In this document: one piece after another, positions 18,692 through 28,410 of the stretch | How the letters are laid out: every line of letters starts with the position of its first letter | Numbering within the stretch: position 1 is the stretch's first letter | Origin: a virus | Taxonomy: Duplodnaviria > Caudoviricetes | IMG/VR virus record: IMGVR_UViG_2534682025_000001 | Coordinates: 1 to 64,000 of that record | Direction: 5' to 3' (one strand) | DNA: 64,000 bases | Made by a program: the position numbers and the translations under genes | Notes under the pieces: generated by a model | Told to the model about the DNA's origin: nothing | The model's database searches: none | What the model saw: the letters and a program-made list of their open reading frames with translations, nothing else

Positions 18692-19066
18692 TTATCGATC
18701 TACAAACCAGTTTGAATCAAAACCAGTTCGATACATCTTGCTGTCTGGATCACGCTCATTTCCTCGCAGACCAGTTACAGTGCACGAGTTATCAGCCTCA
18801 AAAGCCCTACGAACCGCTTCACGGATATTTCGCAGGTCATCCGCATTCGCTGTATAGATATCAACTTGGATCGTCACATGATCGATATTTGCCGGACAAT
18901 CTAAATGATTTTGCGGAATACCAGAGATATCCTGCCAGACCAGGTACGGCGGCTTTGGTTTATCTGGTGCAAGACCAAATTCAAATGCACGTAAAATCCC
19001 GCCAGATTCCAGATAAGACTTAACTTCATCACTCGCATTAAGTAATGGGAAAATAGGTGCTGTCAT
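18692..19066 (-). CDS. Tail terminator/completion protein (DUF3168-like)
   Basis: PYLVWQ and QVDIY motifs; synteny. Confidence 0.75.
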   Translation of the reverse strand: MTAPIFPLLNASDEVKSYLESGGILRAFEFGLAPDKPKPPYLVWQDISGIPQNHLDCPANIDHVTIQVDIYTANADDLRNIREAVRRAFEADNSCTVTGLRGNERDPDSKMYRTGFDSNWFVDR

Positions 19067-19533
19067 ATAGCCTCACGTAATGCTTTGGTGATTTCAGCAT
19101 CAAATACCTGGACAAACTTGGTTGTGACCTTATCAACATTATTAGCTAAAGCAGGTCTTAAAAATGGAGTGGCTGGAATCTTGCTGGTACCAAACTCAAT
19201 AAATCTAAAGTGCCGAGTATCTCCACCACTTAAGCCAGCCGTGCTGACAGAGTATTGATTCTGACCTGCTCCACCTTTCACCCCCACTCGAATCTTAATC
19301 TCATTAGGATTACGGCTCTTACCACCTTGGGTCACAATATTCTTATGAATCTTTTCCCGTGTTTCAGGATCATCAATTTCCTTTGCATTGCTACGTGCAG
19401 CATCGCGAACAAGATTCATCGCTTGGCGCCCGGCTTTTCGTGCAATTTGCTTGGCTTTTTTAGGATTTGAAAGCTGCTTGAGTTTTTTATTCAGCTCATC
19501 CAAGCCTTCAATATTTAACTCGACTGTTGCCAT
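19063..19533 (-). CDS. HK97 gp10-like tail morphogenesis protein
   Basis: IEGLDEL...RFIEFGT...PFLRPA. Confidence 0.85.
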   Translation of the reverse strand: MATVELNIEGLDELNKKLKQLSNPKKAKQIARKAGRQAMNLVRDAARSNAKEIDDPETREKIHKNIVTQGGKSRNPNEIKIRVGVKGGAGQNQYSVSTAGLSGGDTRHFRFIEFGTSKIPATPFLRPALANNVDKVTTKFVQVFDAEITKALREAI

Positions 19534-19871
19534 TCTGATTCACCTTCTGCAAGATTGAGCGTCAACCACTCAAGGCCACTTTCATTGTCTGGTACTGGAT
19601 CACCGTCAATCTTCCAGTACTTACCCCGGAAATATAGACGCATGGTTGAATCAATCTGACTTGCCTTTGAGCTGTAACGAATGCGACAACGTGCAGTCAT
19701 GCTTGAATCAATCGCTTGAGCTTGCAGCTGGTCACGCGTAGATAAGGCCTCGTGTTTTCCCCAGACTGTACAAAACTCTGTCCAGGCTTGAGTAATACGG
19801 CCTGTGGTTTTGTCTTGGGTTTCGGTAAAGGCTTCAATATGGATGCGATGTCTTAAAGGACCTGCTCTCAT
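19515..19871 (-). CDS. Head closure protein
   Basis: MRAGPLRHRI...RIRY. Confidence 0.85.
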   Translation of the reverse strand: MRAGPLRHRIHIEAFTETQDKTTGRITQAWTEFCTVWGKHEALSTRDQLQAQAIDSSMTARCRIRYSSKASQIDSTMRLYFRGKYWKIDGDPVPDNESGLEWLTLNLAEGESEWQQSS

Positions 19872-20345
19872 CTATACCCCCAGATCTAAACGGTATGGAT
19901 CAAGCAACCACAAAGCGCCTTTCGGCAACTCATTTACCGTGGTACTGGTTTCATCTTCCCGATTTTCATAAAGACTGCCCAAGATCAATAAAACAGCCGC
20001 TTCAATAGATGGATTGATAACAATGCCCTGCATAGCCATTTTGGTATTGCGCTGAGCTTCTTTCTTAAGGTTTTCAGCCGCAGATAACAGCATATTTCTT
20101 GAGACTGGATCTGTAACCAGATTAGCTGCATCGCAACTCTCTTTGTATTTCACAAGCTCATAATTTAGCTGGTCCAAAGTGAGAGAAATCGCATCTGTCC
20201 ATGCAGCTGAAGTGGCATAAAAAAAGCGATTCAAATATTGAGCCGCTTTATCTTCCGCTGAATTCAACTTAGCCAGGACATCACCGCCAGTATCTTCATC
20301 TACTCGCAAATGAACCATAGCTTTTTCAATGTTAATAACTGGCAT
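19872..20345 (-). CDS. Head-tail connector (gp6-like)
   Basis: HLRVD...AVLLILGSLYENRE...LLDPYR. Confidence 0.85.
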   Translation of the reverse strand: MPVINIEKAMVHLRVDEDTGGDVLAKLNSAEDKAAQYLNRFFYATSAAWTDAISLTLDQLNYELVKYKESCDAANLVTDPVSRNMLLSAAENLKKEAQRNTKMAMQGIVINPSIEAAVLLILGSLYENREDETSTTVNELPKGALWLLDPYRLDLGV

Positions 20346-20354
20346 GATATGACC

Positions 20355-20648
20355 TTACTTTGTTTTGGTTTCTTTGGCTTTTTCTTCTTCAGCAGCTTTA
20401 GCCTTGGCCTCTTCTTCAGCCTTTAACTTTTCCTCAGCTTCGGCTTTAGCCTTGGCCTCTTTTTCAGCTGCAGCTTTGGCTTTTTTTTCCGCATCAGCTT
20501 TAGCTTTGTCAGCTGCCGCCTGCTCAGGGTTAATGGCTAATTTTTTCTTGATAAGCTCACCGGCTGTAATATCTGGAATCTCAGCTTCATCACCTTTGAC
20601 GTAAACCTTATTTCCAAGCATTGCAGCATCTAAGAATTTAATTTTCAT
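20355..20648 (-). CDS. Small post-capsid protein with Ala/Lys/Glu-rich tail
   Basis: GGAG RBS; low-complexity AKAEAEEK repeats. Confidence 0.65.
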   Translation of the reverse strand: MKIKFLDAAMLGNKVYVKGDEAEIPDITAGELIKKKLAINPEQAAADKAKADAEKKAKAAAEKEAKAKAEAEEKLKAEEEAKAKAAEEEKAKETKTK

Positions 20649-20697
20649 GTTCTAAACTCCAAGGTGAAAGGGCCGACTGGCCCCTTCGGGATTTTAA

Positions 20698-21906
20698 TTA
20701 AGCTGGAAATTCACCTTTTACGAATGCTTCTGGGCGATACACAGCCAATGCCAGACGCTCTTCACAACGAACAGAGATCATGTTCTTTTCAAAGTCATCA
20801 GCATTTTCGGTTGAGATCACTACGTTTGCATCTTCACGGTCAAAGATTTGAGCAGCCTCAGCAAAGCTACCAGTCAAAAATTTACTAGCCATTGCTGCAT
20901 GATTGGTTTCAGCAACAGGCAACCCCCAAAGACTTGGCGTATTAGGTGAGAACGGGTTAGTAAACAAGTATGCACCGGTAGTGTCTTTCAGTAATTCAAT
21001 TGCAGTCCAATCATTCATGTGTAGCACATGACCTGTTGCAAACACATCCGCCAAAGCAGCTTGCAGCATGGCCAAACGCATAGTATCTACGCGAGTCGGT
21101 GATGCAATCGTAATTGGAGCTGAATAAGCAGTTGCCTGAGTATAAATACCATGCAGGTTGTTACCAGTGCCTGAACCAAATAACAGTTGCGCATCTTCAA
21201 CACGCTTAAGGCCATTAAGCAAACGACCATTGATAAAGCTTTGTAACTGAGGCAAGTCATCAAGGATCTGCTTAGATGCTTTCAGCATGTGAGCAATCGT
21301 TTTCACACCTTCCAGCACTTCTTCAAATGTTAATTCTGAATATGGCTTGGTGGTGTTTTCAGCTACTGGTGCAGCGTTATTGGTAAATCCAGTTTCACGT
21401 AAGTAAGCAATCGCATTACTGGCCGTTTGACCTGGAGCTAATAGGTCACGGATGGTCACGCGCTGATTTGGCGCAGTCACAATACGAGTCGAACCATCAA
21501 CAGGGTTTACTGCAAATGATGTCAGTGCATTACGGGGAACAGCTACACTGATACGTTTTCCAGAGGTTGCATTGCTTGCAAATGAAATAATCTGCTCATC
21601 TTTTACAGCAAGATCACCTGCACGAGCATCCACTTGTGCACCTGGATTACCAGTGCCACCACGTGCAAATAATTGCTCAGCTTCACCCAACTTCACCTGT
21701 AGGTCATTCTGGGCTTGGCGCAAGTTGTTTAGATCAGTCAGCGTTTTATCTACTGTTTCTTTGGTTTCAGCAGATAGATCATTGGCTTTTTTCGCTTCAT
21801 TTAAAGCATTTTCAGCCAGTGGTTGAACTTTTTCAGTAAGCGCTTTAAGTTGATTATTTACTTCTTTAAGTGCCGCTGCAGCTTGGTCTTTAGTTTGATC
21901 AGTCAT
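20698..21906 (-). CDS. Major capsid protein, HK97 fold
   Basis: Coiled-coil delta domain; KTIAH...QILDD and EERLALAVYRPEAF motifs. Confidence 0.93.
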   Translation of the reverse strand: MTDQTKDQAAAALKEVNNQLKALTEKVQPLAENALNEAKKANDLSAETKETVDKTLTDLNNLRQAQNDLQVKLGEAEQLFARGGTGNPGAQVDARAGDLAVKDEQIISFASNATSGKRISVAVPRNALTSFAVNPVDGSTRIVTAPNQRVTIRDLLAPGQTASNAIAYLRETGFTNNAAPVAENTTKPYSELTFEEVLEGVKTIAHMLKASKQILDDLPQLQSFINGRLLNGLKRVEDAQLLFGSGTGNNLHGIYTQATAYSAPITIASPTRVDTMRLAMLQAALADVFATGHVLHMNDWTAIELLKDTTGAYLFTNPFSPNTPSLWGLPVAETNHAAMASKFLTGSFAEAAQIFDREDANVVISTENADDFEKNMISVRCEERLALAVYRPEAFVKGEFPA

Positions 21907-21970
21907 GATTTTTCATCTCTCAAAAATAAGAAAACCGCCATATAGGCGGTCATAAAAATTGGTATTAGGC

Positions 21971-22816
21971 TTAAGTGCTGAATTTCTCGGTAGCGTTACG
22001 CATACTTTGAAGAACACTTTCGAGTACATCATTGCTAGCGCTTGGCGTAGCTTGGTTGGTAGCGCCAGGCGTACCCTTTAAATCTTGAATAAGTTCCCGT
22101 CGTGAGCTTCGAGACATTCCCGCTTTGGCAAGCAAGATATCTGCTTTATGGGCAGCGACTTTTTCTTTAGTGAAGTTCTTTGTATCTTCAACAACCACAT
22201 CAGATGGCAGGAAGGCGTCGGCAAAGCCACTATCAATAGCATCACGCCCATTGATCCAGCGCTCTTTATCCATATCTGCTTTAAGTTCATCCATACTAAG
22301 GCCAGACTTCACATGGTAAATATCAGCAATCGTGTCATCGATCTGTTCAAGGAAATCCGCTGTTTCACGTAAGTCGTTGCGATTACCCCAAAGCCCTGTC
22401 CAGGCATTGTGAATCATAAAGAATCCAGCACGGGCAATTTGAATCTCATCGGCTGCCATGGCAATAAATGATGCTGCTGAAGCTGCAACCCCCAATACAC
22501 GTACAGTCACATGGCCTTTGTATTCGCGAAGCAGGTTGTAAATAGCCAGACCTTCAAATACATCACCACCCGGTGAATTGATATTGACTACAACATCAGC
22601 GCCATCAAGTGAACGCAATGCCGCGCTGATTCGCTTAGCAGTTACACCAGAGTCATCCCAGTAGTCATAACCAATCGGATCATAAATACCAATCGTGTTG
22701 TCATTTTCATCTGATGCTTTAATTGCAGGATTCCAACGATCAAAAGCCAACGGCGAAACACCACCTTTTTCTTTTGCATTAAAATTAGCGACTGGCAGCA
22801 GGTTTCGTTTGCTCAT
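21971..22816 (-). CDS. ClpP-type head maturation protease
   Basis: NINSPGGDVFEG, AASAAS and MIHNAW motifs. Confidence 0.9.
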   Translation of the reverse strand: MSKRNLLPVANFNAKEKGGVSPLAFDRWNPAIKASDENDNTIGIYDPIGYDYWDDSGVTAKRISAALRSLDGADVVVNINSPGGDVFEGLAIYNLLREYKGHVTVRVLGVAASAASFIAMAADEIQIARAGFFMIHNAWTGLWGNRNDLRETADFLEQIDDTIADIYHVKSGLSMDELKADMDKERWINGRDAIDSGFADAFLPSDVVVEDTKNFTKEKVAAHKADILLAKAGMSRSSRRELIQDLKGTPGATNQATPSASNDVLESVLQSMRNATEKFST

Positions 22817-24050
22817 TATTATCACCTTTGTAATTGGTCCCGACTTTATCAAGCGGAATTAATGCCGATTGAATTGTATAAATTTCCCCACCCGCAATAG
22901 GCGCTTCATTTTCTTTGCGTCTTACTTCATTTCGGTTATACCAACCATTGTTGAGTGCAGATGCATAATATTCAGCACGGCCTTTTGAGTCTGCCCGCAA
23001 TAAGCCTTCCACACCAAACTCAACGTAATAGGTTTCAAACTCTGCAGCACCAATCAGGCACCGTGAAATTTCCTGTTCAATATTGACCAGTAATGGACGC
23101 AAGGTATTGGTCAGGAATTGCATGTTCATGCCTTCAACACTGGAGGCCCATGAGCTTTGCTTATCCAAATGTCCAACCATGAATGGTGGTACCCGGAACC
23201 AGCGGCAAATTTCCTCAATTTCAAATGTCCGGGTTTCTAACATCTGAGCCGCTTCAGGATTCATAGTGATACCGTGGTATTGCATACCATTTTCAAGCAC
23301 CATCATTTTTCCGGCATTCTTGGATCCCATGAATTTCTTCATATTGTCTCTAAGTGAATCACGCTGATCCGGCGTTAATTTCCCCTGGGCAGATAAAAGA
23401 CCTGATGTTTGCAAACCGTTTTCAAAGAACTTTGCTGCGGCTTCTTCAGCAGCCTGTGCAGCCCCAATGGTTTCACGCGCTTTCTGGACCTTAAATAAGC
23501 CCATCACCCCATCGATACCAAAACCACGAACATGCATCATGTTTTTTTCAGTGATTTCACGCTTAGCACCACTTTCTGTGTAAGTGTATTTCAGCATTCC
23601 ATTGGTCTTGTTTCTGGTCACTACCATGTTTTGGGGTAGCAATGGATTCAATGAAATAATCCGGCCTGATGCACTGCGAATAATTTCAATGTATGAATTT
23701 CCCCATAGGCAGATACTGGCCACAATCATCAGCATGAACCGGCTTGGCGTCATTTCATAGTTTGGTGACCGGCACAAAAGATTGTAGAGCGGATGCTTAA
23801 CTGCAACATCCCGGCTACCGTCCGCTTTTCGCTGATAAATCTTAAGAGGCAGCGTTGATACTGTTTCTGAAATCAAACTCACACATGAAAAAACGGCGCT
23901 CAATTGAAGCGCCGAATCTACAGTTACATGCTTACCACTCGATGTGGCCAATAATGCCCTTAATAATTCAGGCTCCAGACTCAGATGCCCATCAAGCCCA
24001 AGGAAGCGCAAAGCTGCTTGAGCAAACCGACCCGGCTTCTTTGTACTCAT
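22785..24050 (-). CDS. Portal protein (HK97 family)
   Basis: SAVFSCV...LPL, EEICRWFRVPP and NEVRRKEN motifs. Confidence 0.93.
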   Translation of the reverse strand: MSTKKPGRFAQAALRFLGLDGHLSLEPELLRALLATSSGKHVTVDSALQLSAVFSCVSLISETVSTLPLKIYQRKADGSRDVAVKHPLYNLLCRSPNYEMTPSRFMLMIVASICLWGNSYIEIIRSASGRIISLNPLLPQNMVVTRNKTNGMLKYTYTESGAKREITEKNMMHVRGFGIDGVMGLFKVQKARETIGAAQAAEEAAAKFFENGLQTSGLLSAQGKLTPDQRDSLRDNMKKFMGSKNAGKMMVLENGMQYHGITMNPEAAQMLETRTFEIEEICRWFRVPPFMVGHLDKQSSWASSVEGMNMQFLTNTLRPLLVNIEQEISRCLIGAAEFETYYVEFGVEGLLRADSKGRAEYYASALNNGWYNRNEVRRKENEAPIAGGEIYTIQSALIPLDKVGTNYKGDNNEQTKPAASR

Positions 24051-25765
24051 TCAACACCTACCATAATTGGATCATCATAAAATTCATCACCTGTAGGTTC
24101 CCCTGCAAGCACCATTGCCCGACTGATGCCCATTAATAACGCTACAGCACCATCGATTTTCTTAAACTTCTTTTCCTTATCCGGGAACTCGGTTTCATTT
24201 TTTCCTGTTTTAGAAATAACGTTGCCGATCATCCAGCTAAGAATTGGGTTTCCATCATGATGAAAACGACCTGCAGCAATAGCAGCTTCAAGCTCCTTCA
24301 TTGCTGGTGAGAATGTCTTTGTGGTTTTGGGCATCTTGATTGAGGTATATCCAGCATCATCCACAGTTTTTGCAATCTGGAATCCACCCCACTCATCGTA
24401 AGGAACCTCAGTCAAAGGCACTCGCTGAGCATCTTCGATTAATTCCTTTGCAATTTGATTCAGGTCATTCTCATAGCCATCACAGACATTCAGCAGGCCT
24501 TTGTTGAACCATTTCTGATACCGCTCAACTACCTGCTTTTCATCACCGCTATAAACCGTGTCTTCAGGTAGATAGAACTGCGGATCTATACAGTAGTAAT
24601 GCAGTCGACCATCATCCTCAATTCTGTAAAACAGGTTGATACGTGCTGCAATATCAATTTTTGATGATAGATCCACACACATCATGCAAGGCGTTGCTTC
24701 AAAGTCATCAATGTTCAGGTCTGGATTACCGCAAGCTTTCCACTTTTCCATGTTGAAAAATGCAGATTTTGCTGATACCCAAACGTTTAAGTGCTTAGTT
24801 TTAAAAGCACCTTGCTTTGATGCGTTCTGAATTGCCCGGCGTTGCTGAGATTCCAGATAGTCCGAATAAACAGAAACCCCATAATTGGGGTTTGCTTTGG
24901 CCAGTACTGCCGGATCTGTCCAGTCATCTCCCTCATCAATGGTCCATATCCAGCCAAACAGCTCATCATCTGGTACGGTATCCAAGAGCATTTCCTGAAC
25001 ACGTGCACGTAAATCATAACAAGGGCCTTCAATATTGAAGCCAGCTGTTGTGATTGTGAAAATCATAGGCTGTCGACGTGCACCCATACCGGTCTGCATG
25101 GTGTCATACAGCGCAGATGTTGGATGCTCATGGAATTCATCGACTACAGCACAATGCGGTGACTGGCCATCAGGTGGATCACCAATGATAGGCTCAAAGA
25201 TAGAACCTTCATCTGGAATCTCTAAGCTACCGGCATTAATCAGTACGCCAGCTGCTTCAATGAAGTCTGGCGAACGTACCGCCATTAAGCGTGCAGGTTT
25301 AAAAACTTCCCAAGCCTGCTTCTCGGTGGTAGCACCAGCATAAACTTCTGAACCAAATTCACCATCATTGGCAAACATGTTGAGAGCAACACCAGCGGCA
25401 ATCGCAGACTTACCGTTTTTACGCGGCACCTCCCAATAGCTTTCACGGAAGCGGCGGTACCCATCTTTTTTACGAACCCAACCAAATGTGCAACCAATAC
25501 CAAACTTTTGCCAGGGCTCAAGCGTGATACTCAGACGCTTCATTGCCCACTCACCCTTTGTATGGGGCAGCAACTCAATAAAAGCGATCTTCTTTTCTGC
25601 TAGTTTTGGCTCAAATTTATAAGGAAAATCTTTATTTTTTGACTTAATCAGGTCATCTAAGTGGCGTTTACAAGCAAGTCTTACCCACTTACATGCAGGT
25701 ATTTTTCCTGAAACAACCTGCTTTGCCCATCTATTTGCAATGCCAACGTTTGGGAAAGCTGTCAT
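24047..25765 (-). CDS. Terminase large subunit
   Basis: Walker A VPRKNGKS, VVDEFHEH, ITTAG and KIDGAVA motifs. Confidence 0.95.
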   Translation of the reverse strand: MTAFPNVGIANRWAKQVVSGKIPACKWVRLACKRHLDDLIKSKNKDFPYKFEPKLAEKKIAFIELLPHTKGEWAMKRLSITLEPWQKFGIGCTFGWVRKKDGYRRFRESYWEVPRKNGKSAIAAGVALNMFANDGEFGSEVYAGATTEKQAWEVFKPARLMAVRSPDFIEAAGVLINAGSLEIPDEGSIFEPIIGDPPDGQSPHCAVVDEFHEHPTSALYDTMQTGMGARRQPMIFTITTAGFNIEGPCYDLRARVQEMLLDTVPDDELFGWIWTIDEGDDWTDPAVLAKANPNYGVSVYSDYLESQQRRAIQNASKQGAFKTKHLNVWVSAKSAFFNMEKWKACGNPDLNIDDFEATPCMMCVDLSSKIDIAARINLFYRIEDDGRLHYYCIDPQFYLPEDTVYSGDEKQVVERYQKWFNKGLLNVCDGYENDLNQIAKELIEDAQRVPLTEVPYDEWGGFQIAKTVDDAGYTSIKMPKTTKTFSPAMKELEAAIAAGRFHHDGNPILSWMIGNVISKTGKNETEFPDKEKKFKKIDGAVALLMGISRAMVLAGEPTGDEFYDDPIMVGVE

Positions 25766-25775
25766 TTCGGCCTCG

Positions 25776-26267
25776 CTACATATTCAGCACCTGCGCAAAT
25801 TTATTTGTTTTAGGTTTATTACCCCCACCACCTAACCGCCCCCGGGAAGATGGATCCAGACCCAGCATTGCCCCAAAAGAAGCCATCTGTTTTGATGCCT
25901 CATTCACTGCAGTCAAGGCTGGATTTTTAATCGTACTGCCTTGCGCTGTTTCCAGTGTGGGTCCATTCTCGACTACTTCTTTTTGGGCTACGCGCAAGTT
26001 GTGATAAGCCATGCAGAACATTTCCACGTTGTGCATGTCTGTAATTTTAAGAACTTTGTTTTTTAATAATTCCGGAATAACCGAGCGCCACATTATCTCA
26101 GCGTACTCCATCTCTGAAAGATATTCTGGTACTTCAATATCTACGACATCAGCAAATTCAGGCACATTGGTATTGAGAGGACGTCTGCCCGGGTTGCCAG
26201 CTGCCCGTTTTGCTTCCTGCGGTTTTGGCTTTCGGCCACGCCCAGGAACAGAAGAAACTCCACCCAT
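25776..26267 (-). CDS. Terminase small subunit (P27 family)
   Basis: GRKPKP...GNPGRR, KNPA and LGLDPSSR motifs. Confidence 0.9.
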   Translation of the reverse strand: MGGVSSVPGRGRKPKPQEAKRAAGNPGRRPLNTNVPEFADVVDIEVPEYLSEMEYAEIMWRSVIPELLKNKVLKITDMHNVEMFCMAYHNLRVAQKEVVENGPTLETAQGSTIKNPALTAVNEASKQMASFGAMLGLDPSSRGRLGGGGNKPKTNKFAQVLNM

Positions 26268-26284
26268 TTGTCAACACCCTGAAT

Positions 26285-26370
26285 TTTTAATTTCGCGCAC
26301 GTAAAAATGAACGGAGGGGGGCGGTCATTTAGGCAAAGGCCCTGAACTCTCGACCCACCCCTCCCCATCC
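26285..26370 (-). other. Probable cos region
   Basis: GC-rich intergenic (GGGGAGGGGTGGGT...GACCGCCCCCCTCC...GCGCGAAATT on minus) between HNH and terS, the usual cos position. Confidence 0.5.
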
Positions 26371-26379
26371 GGAAGATTT

Positions 26380-26628
26380 TTAGCCTTCATTTCTTGCATT
26401 TTTTGCCTGCTCTTTCATGATGCCGACCAACATATCTAACTGCTCTTCATATTCATCACCAAGCAAGTGGAATAAGTCAGCAGATGCACGCAACATGATT
26501 GTTGAAGCAAATACTTCTTTTGCTTCTTGCTGCTTAATATCATCCGCAACAGTTTTTAAGTTCTTGTCGTAAAGTCGGTGAGCTGAGCGCGAAGCTACAA
26601 CACCAACATGAGTGATTCTTTTACGCAT
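26380..26628 (-). CDS. Hypothetical protein
   Basis: Likely start MRKRITH immediately after the HNH stop. Confidence 0.5.
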   Translation of the reverse strand: MRKRITHVGVVASRSAHRLYDKNLKTVADDIKQQEAKEVFASTIMLRASADLFHLLGDEYEEQLDMLVGIMKEQAKNARNEG

Positions 26629-26629
26629 C

Positions 26630-26989
26630 TTATTTTCCTTCTGTAGCTGTTTTCTCTCTATGACACGGCGCACACAACGACTGTAGATTGTCTGGATCAT
26701 CTGTACCACCATGAGCCTTAGCCTTGATGTGATCTACGTCTGTAGCCTCAGCCACACGCCCAGCAACGGCGCATTTCACACAGAGATAGTTATCACGCTT
26801 CATGATGCTTTCACGCAGTACTCGCCATGCATGACCATAGCCACGTGCCGTAGTTGATCCTGATCGGTCTTGGCGTGCTGTCCAGTTGCTGCGCTTATGT
26901 GCATGCTTATCACAATAGCCTTGTTCTTTTGGTGACTTGGTTAGGTTTGGGCAGCGAAACTCACGGCATGGTCTGCTCATATCCATCAA
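26630..26989 (-). CDS. HNH endonuclease (terminase-associated)
   Basis: CVKC...DHI...NLQSLCAPCHREKT. Confidence 0.9.
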   Translation of the reverse strand: MMDMSRPCREFRCPNLTKSPKEQGYCDKHAHKRSNWTARQDRSGSTTARGYGHAWRVLRESIMKRDNYLCVKCAVAGRVAEATDVDHIKAKAHGGTDDPDNLQSLCAPCHREKTATEGK

Positions 26990-27207
26990 TCCAAATAAGG
27001 CGACTTAGGTTTATCTTCATCATCTTCGGTCTGCATCATCGCTATCAGCTCATTGTTCTGATCCATGATACGAGCCATGACTTTATTTTGTTCTGCCAAT
27101 AGATTGCTTTGAGCTGTCGTCGCCTGGCTTTGGTTGCTCATTGCTTGAAGCATCTCGACCAGTAAGGCGTTCGATACACAGCCGCATTCTTTCTTTTGCT
27201 CGTTCAC
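26986..27207 (-). CDS. Hypothetical phage protein
   Basis: Coiled-coil ORF with acidic tail, coupled to the HNH start. Confidence 0.55.
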   Translation of the reverse strand: MNEQKKECGCVSNALLVEMLQAMSNQSQATTAQSNLLAEQNKVMARIMDQNNELIAMMQTEDDEDKPKSPYLD

Positions 27208-27265
27208 TTTGCTTCCTTATCCATTCACGGTTTCTTTCACACGATGCACATGTCATCTGAATCAC
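27083..27265 (-). CDS. Small CxxC protein (overlaps its neighbour)
   Basis: MTCASCERNREWI; same strand as the operon. Confidence 0.4.
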   Translation of the reverse strand: MIQMTCASCERNREWIRKQSERAKERMRLCIERLTGRDASSNEQPKPGDDSSKQSIGRTK

Positions 27266-27455
27266 CCAAGGTCACATTGATTTCGCTAAGCAGGTATTGA
27301 TTGACTTGATCTACAGTGGAGACATTCACAAATACCAACTCAACATCTTTGATTGCCAGGCCAGTCTCAGCCTCAAACAATCGCTTACGATCAGCTATGT
27401 CTTGGTATAAATCCCGCTTAAAGGTATCGAGTCGTTCTTGATCACTTGTACCCAC
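27237..27455 (-). CDS. Hypothetical protein
   Basis: ORF track; GTG start with GGAG RBS. Confidence 0.5.
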   Translation of the reverse strand: MGTSDQERLDTFKRDLYQDIADRKRLFEAETGLAIKDVELVFVNVSTVDQVNQYLLSEINVTLGDSDDMCIV

Positions 27456-27459
27456 GGCG

Positions 27460-27645
27460 CTATCTCCGACTTAAATTGATTTGAATGTTCTTCATGCGAG
27501 TACGGATGTTTGCCATTACCTCATCAATAGCCATCATCTGTTTGCTATTCATGAATGCTCGACTTAGGTTCTGGTACTTCACCAACTCATCGTGCAATTC
27601 ATTTAGATTCTTTTGCGCCTCTTTGACATCCATACGCACCACCAA
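27460..27645 (-). CDS. Hypothetical coiled-coil protein
   Basis: ORF track; probable start MDVKE. Confidence 0.5.
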   Translation of the reverse strand: MVVRMDVKEAQKNLNELHDELVKYQNLSRAFMNSKQMMAIDEVMANIRTRMKNIQINLSRR

Positions 27646-27855
27646 TAAGAAAAGAAAAACCCCTCAACATCTAGAATGCGAGGGGCTTTATTTGCCGTAA
27701 TACGTCCGGCGAATTTTAAGAATAAAAAAAGCCTGTTTAACTCTCTCTCCAATTAAACAGGCTTGACTTGCGCTACAACTTATTTCTTATTTGCAGGGCT
27801 ACCATATTGTTTAAGTATTTCAATCTAATGACATGGCTATTTGTTTGAGTGATTG

Positions 27856-27966
27856 TTATTCAACTTCTTTCAAACAATCCCGACACACTTTGATTTCTTC
27901 ATCAACCGTGTAATCGATTTCAGTCACACCGTGAAGGCCGAATAAACACATTAAGAATCGGAGCAT
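27856..27966 (-). CDS. 36-aa protein MLRFLMCLFGLH...CRDC (not in ORF track)
   Basis: GGAG RBS; C-x-FG-x-H...CxxC pattern seen in small prophage proteins. Confidence 0.55.
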   Translation of the reverse strand: MLRFLMCLFGLHGVTEIDYTVDEEIKVCRDCLKEVE

Positions 27967-28331
27967 TACTTTTCTCCAGACAAAAAAATACCTCCTTTAC
28001 AGGGAAAGGAGGCAGAAACTTAATAGAAACTACAGCCATAGAATCTGGCCCGCATTATATACATAATAATATTATATGCAAGGCTGTACCCTTAAATTGA
28101 ACCTTGCAATAAAAAGCCTGCTTAGCTGGAGGGCTAAACAGGCCGTGGAGTATTACATTATACTTGTTGTTGTAGCGTTCTAGGAATGAACACAAGATAC
28201 CAGTTGCTCACCACAAATAAGTATAAGAAATATATGCAGAATGTTTTAACGTGTAATAATTAAGTTATATTTATCAATAAATTGATCATCATTTAGTCAA
28301 AAATATCACTTAATAATCAATCTTGTTTATC

Positions 28332-28408
28332 TGGCACGCCATGTAGGACTCGAACCCACAACCATTGGTATAGAAAACCTATGCTCTTTCCAGTTGAGCT
28401 AATGGCGC
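28332..28408 (-). tRNA. Phage tRNA-Arg, anticodon TCT
   Basis: Cloverleaf: GCGCCAT acceptor, GCTC/GAGC D-arm, loop TTTCTAT, GTGGG-TTCGAGT-CCTAC T-arm, encoded CCA. Confidence 0.9.
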
Positions 28409-28410
28409 AT

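Noticed and set aside
20365-20604. Ala/Ser-rich antisense ORF and apparent tandem repeats
   Set aside because: Shadow of the low-complexity AKAEE tail on the coding strand
28365-28380. CTA in the tRNA loop suggesting an amber suppressor
   Set aside because: The GGT/ACC stem fixes a 7-nt loop TTTCTAT with TCT central; CTA is off-register
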